IMG/VR virus record: IMGVR_UViG_3300035703_004050 | Coordinates: 8,164-72,163 of that record | Reading direction: 5' to 3' (one strand) | Length of the DNA: 64,000 bases | DNA from: a virus | Part shown: piece by piece, positions 9,472-19,286 of the stretch | How the letters are laid out: each line of letters opens with the position of its first letter | Position numbering within the stretch: position 1 is the first letter of the stretch | Position numbers and translations under genes: made by a program | The notes under the pieces: model-generated | Database searches by the model: none | What the model saw: only the letters and a program-made list of their open reading frames with translations | Told to the model about the DNA's origin: nothing

Positions 9472-9898
9472 AATTGATTTAACGAAAACAAATTATCAAC
9501 GCCTAACTCCTCCAGCAACTAGATTTTTGCAAGGTCATGTTAATGTTCAAAATATGAACACACTTTATAAAAAGTATTGCCAATATAAGAAATTTAAAAG
9601 TGTGATGCCAATTTTTGATAGCGAATACAGAGACGAGAAAAATCATATTCATGGATACTACGATCCAATTACTGATAAACTAATTGCTTTTAGTCTTATT
9701 CGCGTTTATGATACGTCTAATGTCGAAGCAATACAGTTTGCTTGGGATTATGAAAAACCTGAACTCATGTTGGGTATTGAAAGTCTAAAAAATGAGTGTG
9801 CTTTTTATAAGGAAGCAGGATTTAAATATTATTATCTGGGCGGCGCTGATGAATACAAAAAACAATTTGATGGGTTTGAAATATTAGGTCCAGCATGA
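9458..9898 (+). CDS. aminoacyl-tRNA-protein transferase (ATE/Bpt) C-terminal-like GNAT protein
   Basis: KLIAFS...QFAWDY...LGIESL.NE..FYKEAGFKYYYLG matches the ATE_C layout. Confidence 0.55.
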   Translation: MRYARIDLTKTNYQRLTPPATRFLQGHVNVQNMNTLYKKYCQYKKFKSVMPIFDSEYRDEKNHIHGYYDPITDKLIAFSLIRVYDTSNVEAIQFAWDYEKPELMLGIESLKNECAFYKEAGFKYYYLGGADEYKKQFDGFEILGPA

Positions 9899-10401
9899 TA
9901 GAACAACTAAAAGCAGATGTTGCTACTTGGATATTAGATTGGGTAAGTGTGCATAATGATGCACTAGGAGTAACACCTTGTCCTTTTGCTAAACAAGCAT
10001 TAATTAATAATAAAATTGATTTTACAATTGCTGGTAATTTAGAAGTGTTGGTTAGCTTGCTTGAGATGATTGCTAAAACAGGACTAAAAAGCGAAGTACT
10101 AATTATAGGCATGCGTAAAGAAGCTATACATCATAGAGAGTTATCAAGTGTAGTGGAATTAGCCAATGTCAAACATTTAATGCCAGCAGGTTATGTTGCA
10201 TTGGAAGACCACCCCGATGACGAAGAATTTGTTAACGGGGTCAAGATGAATCAAGGCACCTGGGCGTTAATTTTAATACAAGCTACAGAAAAACTAAATC
10301 AAGCATCGCTGGTCTTGCAAAAGCAAGGCTATTATGACAACTGGACACAAGAAGAATATAACGATGTTGTCAGTTGGAGATTTAAGAAAGAAAAAGAATG
10401 A
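9895..10401 (+). CDS. DUF1415-like protein
   Basis: W...V...PCPFA and EDHP motifs. Confidence 0.45.
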   Translation: MIEQLKADVATWILDWVSVHNDALGVTPCPFAKQALINNKIDFTIAGNLEVLVSLLEMIAKTGLKSEVLIIGMRKEAIHHRELSSVVELANVKHLMPAGYVALEDHPDDEEFVNGVKMNQGTWALILIQATEKLNQASLVLQKQGYYDNWTQEEYNDVVSWRFKKEKE

Positions 10402-10898
10402 AAATTTTAACTGCCGAAAATACTAGTTATGAAATGAATGAGCTTCCAGAGTATGTAGAAGATCTTAGATTCTGTGTACTTGATAATAGTGATCCTAGAG
10501 ATCCAGATTATTTTTTCATACCGCTAGTGTTTTTGGAAACATTTAATGATCCAGCACTAGTACTAAAAATAGGAAAACATACCATAAAGATGCCATATAA
10601 CTGGCAACTATTGATTGGTGAACCTGACTATGGTGATCTAGAAGTTATACCGCTTACACGGTTAAATGATAGAAACTTTAAAGCGTTTACATTTAATCCA
10701 ATTACAAATGCGATTCCAAAATATGAAACGATACAGATTTTAGATGTATATCAAGATGTAAAATGGTATTTTCCTAAATTAAAGATGGGTCAAATATTAG
10801 CTATACCTCTAGATGAAAGTCCTAACCCTCCTTGTGCATATTTTGTAAAAGAGATTTCTAAACAAAGCGAAGTAGTGGATATTACAAAAGCATGGTAA
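10398..10898 (+). CDS. conserved phage hypothetical protein
   Basis: 166-aa ORF in an overlapping operon. Confidence 0.65.
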   Translation: MKILTAENTSYEMNELPEYVEDLRFCVLDNSDPRDPDYFFIPLVFLETFNDPALVLKIGKHTIKMPYNWQLLIGEPDYGDLEVIPLTRLNDRNFKAFTFNPITNAIPKYETIQILDVYQDVKWYFPKLKMGQILAIPLDESPNPPCAYFVKEISKQSEVVDITKAW

Positions 10899-11392
10899 AA
10901 AAGAACGAAGATTCAATCAGTTTAGATAATGTACTTCCAGCAATTGATCGCAAAGATATTGATTGGTGGGAAACACTTACACCTGGACAACAGAAGAAGT
11001 TCCCAGCCTGGTTGTATATGCGTTATGCATCCAATGTAAAAGGTGATGTAGATTTAGCAAGATATTATATTCTTGCAGTAAATGAACGTGTAAACAAAAA
11101 GTTTAATGATGTTCGAAAGCACAGCAAATTACAATACTTGTTAATGACAAGTGCTAGTCCAGGTATGGGCAAGCAATTTCATCAATATCTTGCTCCGCCT
11201 AAAGGAACTAGATCAAACAAAAAGCAACTTAAGATATTAGAGCAATTGTTTCCAAACGCAAATGATCTAGAGTTAGATGTGTTAGCTGAAGTTAATACAA
11301 CAAAAGATATAGAAGAACATTTGATTTCTCTTGGTTGGACTGACAAAGAAATCAAGAATGCGCTGTCCACAAAAGATACAGACGACGAATAA
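10892..11392 (+). CDS. clamp-loader small subunit (gp62)-like protein
   Basis: FPAWLYMRYAS...VN...LQYLL...KQFHQYL layout resembles T4 gp62; replication context. Confidence 0.4.
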   Translation: MVKKNEDSISLDNVLPAIDRKDIDWWETLTPGQQKKFPAWLYMRYASNVKGDVDLARYYILAVNERVNKKFNDVRKHSKLQYLLMTSASPGMGKQFHQYLAPPKGTRSNKKQLKILEQLFPNANDLELDVLAEVNTTKDIEEHLISLGWTDKEIKNALSTKDTDDE

Positions 11393-11432
11393 CTTTTTAT
11401 GTAATATATAATTGTAGAGGATATCTACAATT

Positions 11433-12182
11433 ATGGCAAAGTCAAAAGGTGTTATGAGCGAGTTTCTAGAAATTATCAAAGAGGCAAAAGCACAAGGCCC
11501 TATTGATCAAAATCATGTTTGTCAATATTGTGGCAAAGCATTTGTACGTGAATCAACATTAGCAGCACACGTTTGCGAAAGTAAACGCAGGTATCAACAA
11601 AAAGAAGAAGTAGGGGTGCGTCTTGGATTTCAAGCTTGGTTGCGTTTTTATGAACTAACACAAGGTGTTTCAAAAAAGAAAACGTATGATGACTTTATTA
11701 AAAGCTCATATTATATTGCTTTTACAAAGTTTGGTCGCCATCTTCATAATATCCGTGCTATAAACCCAGCAGCGTTTATTGAGTATGTAATCAAAAATAA
11801 TAAAAAATTAGATCATTGGTGCAGAGATAAATTGTATGAAGAATACTTGCTGCAATATCTGCAGCGAGAAAATCCACAGGATGCACTTGAGCGTGGCATT
11901 ATTGAAATGCAAACTTGGGCAGATGCAGAGCAAAGCGTAGTAAAAGACTTTTTTCGTTATGCAAATACAAACAAAATTGTTAGTATGATTGTAAATGGGC
12001 GTATTAGTCCATGGTTAATTTATTGTAGTGATACCGGACAATCTTGTTTGGGAAAGTTTAATGATGAGCAGATCGCAATAGTTTACCCTTGGATTGATCC
12101 AGAACTTTGGCAACGTAAATTAAAGACTTATGCTGCTGATGCTGAATGGTGTAGAGAAGTTTTAAATCAAGCAGGTTTTTAA
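11433..12182 (+). CDS. C2H2/C2HC zinc-finger protein
   Basis: CQYCGKAFVRESTLAAHVC. Confidence 0.7.
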   Translation: MAKSKGVMSEFLEIIKEAKAQGPIDQNHVCQYCGKAFVRESTLAAHVCESKRRYQQKEEVGVRLGFQAWLRFYELTQGVSKKKTYDDFIKSSYYIAFTKFGRHLHNIRAINPAAFIEYVIKNNKKLDHWCRDKLYEEYLLQYLQRENPQDALERGIIEMQTWADAEQSVVKDFFRYANTNKIVSMIVNGRISPWLIYCSDTGQSCLGKFNDEQIAIVYPWIDPELWQRKLKTYAADAEWCREVLNQAGF

Positions 12183-12421
12183 TGCGTTGGAAATCTGAAA
12201 CATATAAAGAAAAAAAAGAACGTTTAGAAAAATGGCGTAAATGTTTTGCATGGTTACCGGTTGTTATTGACGGCGAACGTGTTTGGTTAGAATGGGTATA
12301 TAAAAGGACTAAGATGTATCATGGTGGCATGGGAGATACTGTGTATGAAACCGAGTACGGAGACGCAATGTCGATCCTCAAAAAACAAAAGTTTGATGGA
12401 GAATACGATGGGCTTGAGTGA
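12182..12421 (+). CDS. hypothetical protein (FAWLPV..VWL family)
   Basis: Shares FAW.PV / WL / EY motifs with the next ORF. Confidence 0.65.
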   Translation: MRWKSETYKEKKERLEKWRKCFAWLPVVIDGERVWLEWVYKRTKMYHGGMGDTVYETEYGDAMSILKKQKFDGEYDGLE

Positions 12422-12701
12422 TGATCCCGCCACGTGGCATCGCAGTGTTCATAGTCCATATAGCGGTACTGCGTATCTTAATCCAACTTTTAGTCCATGG
12501 GAAGAATGGTTCGCATGGTACCCTGTAAAGAAATATTTTTATTTTGAAGATGCTGCATTACTTGGTATAAAAGCTTATCGTTGGATATGGTTAAAAAAGA
12601 TTAACAGACGTAAAGTAACGCATGGCCCTGCTTTCGTAGGTGTATCTAAAACTGATTGGGAATATGCTACATTAATGGAATTACTAAAACATGGACATTG
12701 A
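12408..12701 (+). CDS. hypothetical protein (FAWYPV..IWL family)
   Basis: GGAG SD before ATG 12408; paralog of the preceding ORF. Confidence 0.6.
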   Translation: MGLSDDPATWHRSVHSPYSGTAYLNPTFSPWEEWFAWYPVKKYFYFEDAALLGIKAYRWIWLKKINRRKVTHGPAFVGVSKTDWEYATLMELLKHGH

Positions 12702-13260
12702 TATTGACATTGGCAATCGAGATAACTTACTCAAGTTAATCAAACATGTTCCTGCTGCTATTAATAGAAACAATACCTGGTCTAAACACAATACAGGTGT
12801 TTATGTAACACAGATACCAGTTGATCCTATATCTAACTTTGCTACTATCGATTATCAAACAGCAGAAGATATTGGATATATCAAACTCGACATTCTCAAT
12901 CAATCAGTATATGAACAAGTCAAAGATGCAGAACATTTAGATAAGTTACTTTCAACTGAACCAATGTGGGAAATGCTGCAATACAAGGAATTTGTAGATC
13001 AAGTAGTTCATATAGGTAATCATTATGATACTATACAGCGTATACCAGAACCTATTAATAGCATTCCCCGTATGGCGATGTTACTCGCTATTATTAGACC
13101 AGCAAAACGACATTTAATTGGTAAAACGTGGAAAGAAGTTGGATTAGATGTTTGGAATAAACCAGCAGATGATGCTTATTACTTCAAAAAATCACATGCG
13201 GTTTCTTATGCACACTTAGTTAAGATACATATGAACTTGTTATGTAGGCTTGCGGACTAA
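12691..13260 (+). CDS. miniature DNA polymerase III alpha (DnaE)-like protein
   Basis: DIDID, KHNTGV, IKLDIL, AIIRP and YYFKKSHAVSY motifs of DnaE, all within 189 aa. Confidence 0.8.
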   Translation: MDIDIDIGNRDNLLKLIKHVPAAINRNNTWSKHNTGVYVTQIPVDPISNFATIDYQTAEDIGYIKLDILNQSVYEQVKDAEHLDKLLSTEPMWEMLQYKEFVDQVVHIGNHYDTIQRIPEPINSIPRMAMLLAIIRPAKRHLIGKTWKEVGLDVWNKPADDAYYFKKSHAVSYAHLVKIHMNLLCRLAD

Positions 13261-13614
13261 TTGAATCATCTTACGTTTAGTACGTTTACCAGCTATTTCA
13301 TGTAAACGTACAGCATGTCCTGCAAGTATTTCACACTCTTTAGTAATTAAAGTTTTAACGCAATATCTAAATTGTAACCAATCATCTTTTAGGAATATAT
13401 TAATGGGTATCATACGATTTGATTCCCACCACCATTGATTAGCTAATTCTAAAAACATTTTCTTATGATCGTCGGTTTTTAATGTATTGTAATCATATAT
13501 TGTAGTTACATCAACGTCTTGATTTTGTACTATACACACGTATTCAATATCAGAATAACGGATGATGGCAAAAAAAGGATATTTTTCTAATAATTGTTGT
13601 AAAGCTTCATCCAT
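13240..13614 (-). CDS. conserved phage hypothetical protein
   Basis: 124-aa ORF, WWWESNRMIPINIFL. Confidence 0.65.
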   Translation of the reverse strand: MDEALQQLLEKYPFFAIIRYSDIEYVCIVQNQDVDVTTIYDYNTLKTDDHKKMFLELANQWWWESNRMIPINIFLKDDWLQFRYCVKTLITKECEILAGHAVRLHEIAGKRTKRKMIQLVRKPT

Positions 13615-13688
13615 TCTAACTTTACTTATACCAAAAATATCTTTTGATTTGTTGACTAGAACACAGTTAATAACTATATTAAAGTGTT

Positions 13689-14669
13689 ATGAATTCTATC
13701 CAAGAAGCTATACGTTCAGTTATACCTGTAAAGCATAAAAATGCAAGTAAAGGATGGATCAGTTTTAATGCTCCATGCTGTACCCACAATGGCGAAACAC
13801 CGGACAAAAAAGGTCGCGGTGGTATGCATTTTGATAATAGCGGTGTTGTTTATCATTGCTTCAATTGTGGTTATAAAACAGGATGGCGACCTGGGTTGCA
13901 TTTTGGGTTAAAAATACGCAAGCTTATGGAATGGATGGGCATGGACGAAGGTCTCATAATGAGATTACAGTTTGATGCACTACGGGATTTGGATGAAGAA
14001 GTTGTATACCAAGAGCGTATCAAAGAAGCAATACAATTTGAATCACGTGAACTTCCAGAAAACACAATTGATTTAAAAGATGCAACCAATCAAGATGCGT
14101 TAGATACAATACAATATTTAAATAATAGAGGGTTTTATCTAAATGATTTTGATTGGATGTGGAGTAGTTCTGAAGGTTATAATCGCAGAGTAATAATTCC
14201 ATATACATGGGAAAACAAAGTAATTGGATACACTGCTCGCAGCATTGATTATCAAAGAAGTAAAGGAAAGTATATACAACACGTTGGAAGCGATTATGTA
14301 TTTGGCATAGATCAACAAAAGCGAGACAGTAAATTTGCTATTGTAGTGGAAGGTGTGTTTGACGCAATACCACTTAACGGACTTGCAGTTCTTACTAATG
14401 AAGTTAGTGATAAAAAAGCAGAAATAATCGATACGTTAGGTAGAGAAATTATTGTTGTTCCAGATAAAGATAAATCTGGTAAACACTTAGTTAATGCTGC
14501 ATTAAAGTATGGTTGGAGTGTAGCATTTCCAGATTGGCAGGAAGATGTCAAAGATTCTGCCGATGCTTGCTTACGTTATGGTAGACTTTATACAATGCGT
14601 TCAATACTTGCAACAAAGCAGTCAAACAAGCTAAAGATTGAACTCTATAAAAAAAAGAATAGGTTTTAA
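13689..14669 (+). CDS. DNA primase (T4 gp61-like)
   Basis: Zn-binding CC..H / HCFNCG, VVEGVFD TOPRIM, PDKDKSG. Confidence 0.85.
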   Translation: MNSIQEAIRSVIPVKHKNASKGWISFNAPCCTHNGETPDKKGRGGMHFDNSGVVYHCFNCGYKTGWRPGLHFGLKIRKLMEWMGMDEGLIMRLQFDALRDLDEEVVYQERIKEAIQFESRELPENTIDLKDATNQDALDTIQYLNNRGFYLNDFDWMWSSSEGYNRRVIIPYTWENKVIGYTARSIDYQRSKGKYIQHVGSDYVFGIDQQKRDSKFAIVVEGVFDAIPLNGLAVLTNEVSDKKAEIIDTLGREIIVVPDKDKSGKHLVNAALKYGWSVAFPDWQEDVKDSADACLRYGRLYTMRSILATKQSNKLKIELYKKKNRF

Positions 14670-14672
14670 ATA

Positions 14673-15398
14673 ATGTGGCATTTTCATGGGTGTAGTTTAA
14701 GCACAGACAACTACGTTAAAAACAAAGATGATGCCTACCCACGATTAGTAGGCAAACACTTCAATCAAACAGTTGATATAAAGGCAGTTATGGGTAACTC
14801 AAACCAAACTATCTTTTCGTGTGCAATTGACTCTTTGTTAGACGATTCTGTTAACACGGTGTTTGTGCAAATTACTACCCCCGGGAGGCAAGCATTTTAT
14901 CACGATTACAAATGTATAACATCTACTCTAGGTAAAACAAGCTATGAAATTCCAAATAAAAAGTGGCAAACATTTCTAGACGTTTTCAACTTACTTGATC
15001 AAGAATACAATCAGTTTGTTCTATTGTCACATTATGTGCCGCGGCTTGCTAAACTTGCAAGCATAACAGGAAAGCATCTACATTTTATTAATGGATATAT
15101 GACTATTGATCCTATATTTTTTAGCGACAACAAAGATGTAAATTACTATTTGTTAAACGACGATACAAAACGTATACTAAACTTTAGCAATAAACCAAAC
15201 GATAATATAGCGGCACAAATTGTTGACATAAAGCAGAAGCTAGCTTGTATGAAAGATACAAGTTGGGTAACGATAGTTAACCCGTTAAGGGACTATGCAG
15301 TTGATAAAGGGTTAGATGGATCGCACCCAGGGGTAAAGTCAAATAAAATTTTTGCAGAGATAATTATTGAATACTTAGAAAAAAAGCATGATAGATAG
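14673..15398 (+). CDS. SGNH-like hydrolase
   Basis: FHGCSLS, GNSN and DGSHPG motifs. Confidence 0.55.
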   Translation: MWHFHGCSLSTDNYVKNKDDAYPRLVGKHFNQTVDIKAVMGNSNQTIFSCAIDSLLDDSVNTVFVQITTPGRQAFYHDYKCITSTLGKTSYEIPNKKWQTFLDVFNLLDQEYNQFVLLSHYVPRLAKLASITGKHLHFINGYMTIDPIFFSDNKDVNYYLLNDDTKRILNFSNKPNDNIAAQIVDIKQKLACMKDTSWVTIVNPLRDYAVDKGLDGSHPGVKSNKIFAEIIIEYLEKKHDR

Positions 15399-16776
15399 CA
15401 AATACTCGGTAGATCTACAAAAACTATTCTTAGAAATAATGTTGGCTGATGCACAATCATTTGTGCGTGTACAAAACATTTATGATCCCGTAAACTTTGA
15501 TAAGAGCTTACGTGCAGCAGCAAACTTTTTGCAGGAGTATAGTAAGGATTATAACTCGTTGCCAACTATTGAACAGATTAAAGCTAGTTCAGGTGTAAAC
15601 TTGCAAAAGCTTGATGCTGTGGATGAAAGTATGGTTGATTGGTTTATGGATGAGTTTGAGTCTTTCACTAGACATGAAACGCTGTTGCGTGTAATTCTTA
15701 AGAGTGCCGATCTTATTGAAAAAGGCGAATATGATCCAATTGAAAAGCTAGTCAAAGATGCAGTGCAAATTTCATTAACAAGAGATTTAGGAACTGACTA
15801 CTTTGATGATCCCCGTGCTAGGCTTATGAAGCTTAAATCTAACAACGGGCAAATGAGTACTGGTTGGCCAACACTCGATAGCAAACTGTATGGCGGTTTT
15901 AATAGAGGCGAACTAGAAATCTTTGCTGGCGGATCTGGTGCAGGTAAATCTTTGTTTATGCAAAACCTAGCTGTTAACTGGATGCTAGCTGGTATTGATG
16001 GTGTATACATTACATTAGAGCTTAGTGAAGAACTTTGTTCTATGCGTATTGACAGCATGATTACAGGTGTTGCAACTAAGGAAATCTTCAAAGACCTCGA
16101 CACAGTTGAAATGAAGATCAAGATGGTTGGCAAAAAATCTGGTAATTTACGTATCAAATATATGCCGGCACAAAGCAATGTAAATGACTTACGTGCATAT
16201 TTGAAAGAATTACAAGTACAAACTGGTAACAAGATTGGTTATTTGTGCGTAGATTATCTTGATCTTCTAATGCCAGTTAGCGCAAAGGTTAGCCCATCAG
16301 ACTTGTTCGTTAAGGACAAATATGTATCAGAAGAGCTACGTAACTTAGCAAAAGAATTAAACATTGTACTTGTTACAGCTTCCCAGCTTAACAGAGGTGC
16401 AGTTGAAGAAGTTGAATTTGATCACAGTCACATCTCGGGTGGTATTTCTAAGATCAATACAGCAGACAACGTATTTGGTATCTTTACAAGCCGTAGTATG
16501 AAGGAGCAAGGGCGTTATCAACTACAGCTTATGAAAACACGTAGTTCTAGCGGCGTTGGACAAAAAGTTGAATTGGAATTTGATCTTAATTCAATGCGTA
16601 TTATTGATAATGGCGAGGATACCCAAAGTAGTTTTAAAAAGCCCAGCAGTTCTATTATGGATAGCATTAAAAATAAGACAAATGTTACCCCAAGTGAGGT
16701 TACAGACGTTCCAAAAGTAAATGCTGAGGTACAAAGTGCTAAGTTAAAGCAGATGCTTGCCAATTTGAAAAAGTAA
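15388..16776 (+). CDS. replicative DNA helicase (T4 gp41/DnaB-like)
   Basis: GGSGAGKS, ITLE, VDYLDL, TASQLNR, KTR motifs. Confidence 0.92.
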   Translation: MIDSKYSVDLQKLFLEIMLADAQSFVRVQNIYDPVNFDKSLRAAANFLQEYSKDYNSLPTIEQIKASSGVNLQKLDAVDESMVDWFMDEFESFTRHETLLRVILKSADLIEKGEYDPIEKLVKDAVQISLTRDLGTDYFDDPRARLMKLKSNNGQMSTGWPTLDSKLYGGFNRGELEIFAGGSGAGKSLFMQNLAVNWMLAGIDGVYITLELSEELCSMRIDSMITGVATKEIFKDLDTVEMKIKMVGKKSGNLRIKYMPAQSNVNDLRAYLKELQVQTGNKIGYLCVDYLDLLMPVSAKVSPSDLFVKDKYVSEELRNLAKELNIVLVTASQLNRGAVEEVEFDHSHISGGISKINTADNVFGIFTSRSMKEQGRYQLQLMKTRSSSGVGQKVELEFDLNSMRIIDNGEDTQSSFKKPSSSIMDSIKNKTNVTPSEVTDVPKVNAEVQSAKLKQMLANLKK

Positions 16777-16796
16777 AAAACAATAAATAGTTTATT

Positions 16797-17048
16797 ATGA
16801 AACGTAGAACTCGTAGCATACTTGATGAAATCACTAATATTGTCCCAGATCATGATAGGGGCAGCATTATTGAAAGCCGTGCCTTACACATTATTACTAG
16901 TGCTGTAAATCTAATTAATTTAATACGCGAAACGTACGATCCTGAAACAGCAGGGGAATTGGAGCGCAGACTGCTAAACAGCATTAGAGGGCAGGATTCA
17001 AGCAAGTTCATGCGTGGTATACGAAGGACAGACCGCAATGAAGATTAA
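16797..17048 (+). CDS. conserved late hypothetical protein
   Basis: AATAAATA at 16782-16789 directly upstream. Confidence 0.65.
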   Translation: MKRRTRSILDEITNIVPDHDRGSIIESRALHIITSAVNLINLIRETYDPETAGELERRLLNSIRGQDSSKFMRGIRRTDRNED

Positions 17049-17652
17049 TGAATTATTAAATGAAGGTCAACAGCTTGATGAAATATTTGGGTGGCTCAAG
17101 GGTACAGGTGATCAGATGACAAACAGATACCTTCCAGGTTTTATGCGTAAGTGGAAGGAATATATGACATTAGCACCGCAGACTGGTAATAGTCCAAACA
17201 ATCCTGAATATAGAGTAAAAGTTTTGAAGCAAATGCTAGCGCGTTATGTAAGGCCAGTTGGTGAAGAAATAGATGTTTTAAATAAACTGATTGCCGACGC
17301 CGGGCAAAATATTGCTAATGATAATACAATAAAGCAAATTGCTACTCGTGGAATTGCAATTGCATTGCAGCGAAGAATAGTTCCACCAGAAAAAGAAGCA
17401 GCAAAGAAAAAAGTAAAAGCAAAAACTTCTCCAACTAAAACTGCTCCGCCAGCCATTGGAACAGCTCCAATGGCTCCAAAAGTAACTTACTCCATTGCTG
17501 TTGGAACTCCTATAAAAGTAACGGATGCAACAGGAGATGTTGAGTATGTTTGGAATGGATCCGAATGGCGAAATGGTAGAACAGGCAAAACAGCTTCGAA
17601 AAAAATAGCAAACTACTTAACACAAGCAGCCCCAAAGGTAAAAAAGATATGA
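17038..17652 (+). CDS. putative head/virion protein
   Basis: Begins MKINELLNE...LDE; AAGGA SD; late operon. Confidence 0.55.
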   Translation: MKINELLNEGQQLDEIFGWLKGTGDQMTNRYLPGFMRKWKEYMTLAPQTGNSPNNPEYRVKVLKQMLARYVRPVGEEIDVLNKLIADAGQNIANDNTIKQIATRGIAIALQRRIVPPEKEAAKKKVKAKTSPTKTAPPAIGTAPMAPKVTYSIAVGTPIKVTDATGDVEYVWNGSEWRNGRTGKTASKKIANYLTQAAPKVKKI

Positions 17653-18335
17653 GTTTTGAATTTATCCAAGAACTTAGTGAAGCAAAGCTATTCCGCAATC
17701 CAACTAAACTAAAAGATGCTAGCGTAGGGCACCTTGCTGATAGTTTCTTTAATGCTATACTTGGTCTAGAAATACTAAAGCACACCGATCCAGCAGCAGC
17801 ACAAAAGTATGCTAAACAAACCCTTGCTTATGGCAATTTAAATGGATGGCGCAGTTCAGGCAGCGATCTACATAACATAGCACACTTGTTAATTAACAAT
17901 AGACGTTACACAGATAAATTAGATATTGATAGAGTAGTTACTGTTCCAGAACTACAATTTAAAACATATCTTAAAAATTTAGCACAAGGTAAAAAAGATC
18001 CAACATTTGATAGAAAGTTTTTATTGAATTTACAAAAAGGATTAGGTATTAATAGTGCCGGACTTAAATCAGCTCGAAGATTAATTGGTGACTGGCCACG
18101 CACATTACCAAATGAAAAACAGTTAGCAGCAACACGAGTTTACATGGGACTACAGCACGATTTACAACAAAGTGACATGTGGGCACCATATACACGAACT
18201 ATTAAACGAAATAAGCTTTTAATTAAAGATGCTAGCATCCCAGCAAGCATACGAGCAGGAACTCCTCTGTGGGCTAAAATGGCTGTAGCTGGGGTTGCTG
18301 GTTATGCAATTGGCAAAAAATTAGCATTGGCATAA
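17649..18335 (+). CDS. putative virion protein
   Basis: MSFEFIQELSE N-terminus; hydrophobic C-terminal segment. Confidence 0.55.
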   Translation: MSFEFIQELSEAKLFRNPTKLKDASVGHLADSFFNAILGLEILKHTDPAAAQKYAKQTLAYGNLNGWRSSGSDLHNIAHLLINNRRYTDKLDIDRVVTVPELQFKTYLKNLAQGKKDPTFDRKFLLNLQKGLGINSAGLKSARRLIGDWPRTLPNEKQLAATRVYMGLQHDLQQSDMWAPYTRTIKRNKLLIKDASIPASIRAGTPLWAKMAVAGVAGYAIGKKLALA

Positions 18336-18404
18336 CTTTTTTTAATCAAATTGCTAAATAAGTACAGCGCACAAAGCGCAGAAACTTAGATAAGGAAAAA
18401 TAAA

Positions 18405-18788
18405 ATGGCCGGTGTAACAAAAGTAAATGGCGATATGGGTGTAGCAAATGATCCACAGTTCTTTGGTGGATCAAAGATTGCATTCTTTGGTATGATCGTA
18501 AAGAACGGTTCAGCTCAAGCAGTTGATATGAGCGGTGAAGGTGGTGTTGGTGAAGCTTGGGAAGCAATTTATCAAGCAATTTCCCTAAAGGGTACTCCAG
18601 TACTATTCCAGTACCAGAGTGGTTCTTCAGGCGTAGCAAGTTGGGGCGTTGAGCTCAATGGTGCTGGTTGGACTGCTGCTGATCTTCAAACAGCAATCCG
18701 CGCACTTGGTGCTGACGTAGGTGCTAACAGCGTAGACGTTTCTGGTACAACTGTAACAGACGTTGGATTTAAGTTAGCTGCATCATAA
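18405..18788 (+). CDS. abundant small virion structural protein
   Basis: GCTAAATA late-type promoter at 18353, strong SD, Gly/Ala-rich, followed by a terminator. Confidence 0.6.
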   Translation: MAGVTKVNGDMGVANDPQFFGGSKIAFFGMIVKNGSAQAVDMSGEGGVGEAWEAIYQAISLKGTPVLFQYQSGSSGVASWGVELNGAGWTAADLQTAIRALGADVGANSVDVSGTTVTDVGFKLAAS

Positions 18789-18808
18789 TAGCTAAAAATT
18801 AAAATAAG

Positions 18809-18839
18809 AAAGCCGCATATATACTGTGCGGCTTTTTTT
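18809..18839 (+). terminator. Rho-independent terminator
   Basis: AAAGCCGCA...TGCGGCTTT followed by a T run. Confidence 0.8.
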
Positions 18840-19286
18840 ATGACTAAACATTTGCAATCTAAATATCGTGATCCTAGAATAGAACCGTATGAGTTAGCAA
18901 AATTAACTCCTATGGATTTGCATAGTGATGAACGTTGGCTTACTAGAGATTTGCCCCGTATTGTTGAATATGGGTTATGGTATCCTATAACATTGTACAA
19001 AGTTACTCCCGTTTGGTGGCACGGACTTTTCTCCAAATGGCGACCAAAGAATAATAGGTATGTTGATCCTATTGTTAACGAAGATGGATTAATTTGGGTA
19101 ATAAAGATGGGAAGTAATAGATATCAATGTGCCTTGCATTTAGGATACAAAACAATAGATGCTATAATGTTTGATAATGCTAATGATTGTGTTAAACTAA
19201 CTGTTTGGTTTAGGGAATGCGATCCTTTAAATAATAAAAACGCTCCAGCATATACTGGGGCTTATGAGTACAAAAATGTTATATAG
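18840..19286 (+). CDS. ParB/Srx-like domain protein
   Basis: GLWYPI...IKMGSNRY..ALHLGYKTIDAI. Confidence 0.4.
   Translation: MTKHLQSKYRDPRIEPYELAKLTPMDLHSDERWLTRDLPRIVEYGLWYPITLYKVTPVWWHGLFSKWRPKNNRYVDPIVNEDGLIWVIKMGSNRYQCALHLGYKTIDAIMFDNANDCVKLTVWFRECDPLNNKNAPAYTGAYEYKNVI

Noticed and set aside
10398-10898. Hint/intein-like domain
   Set aside because: Only a vague beta-rich resemblance; no N-terminal Cys/Ser, TxxH or terminal HN motifs.
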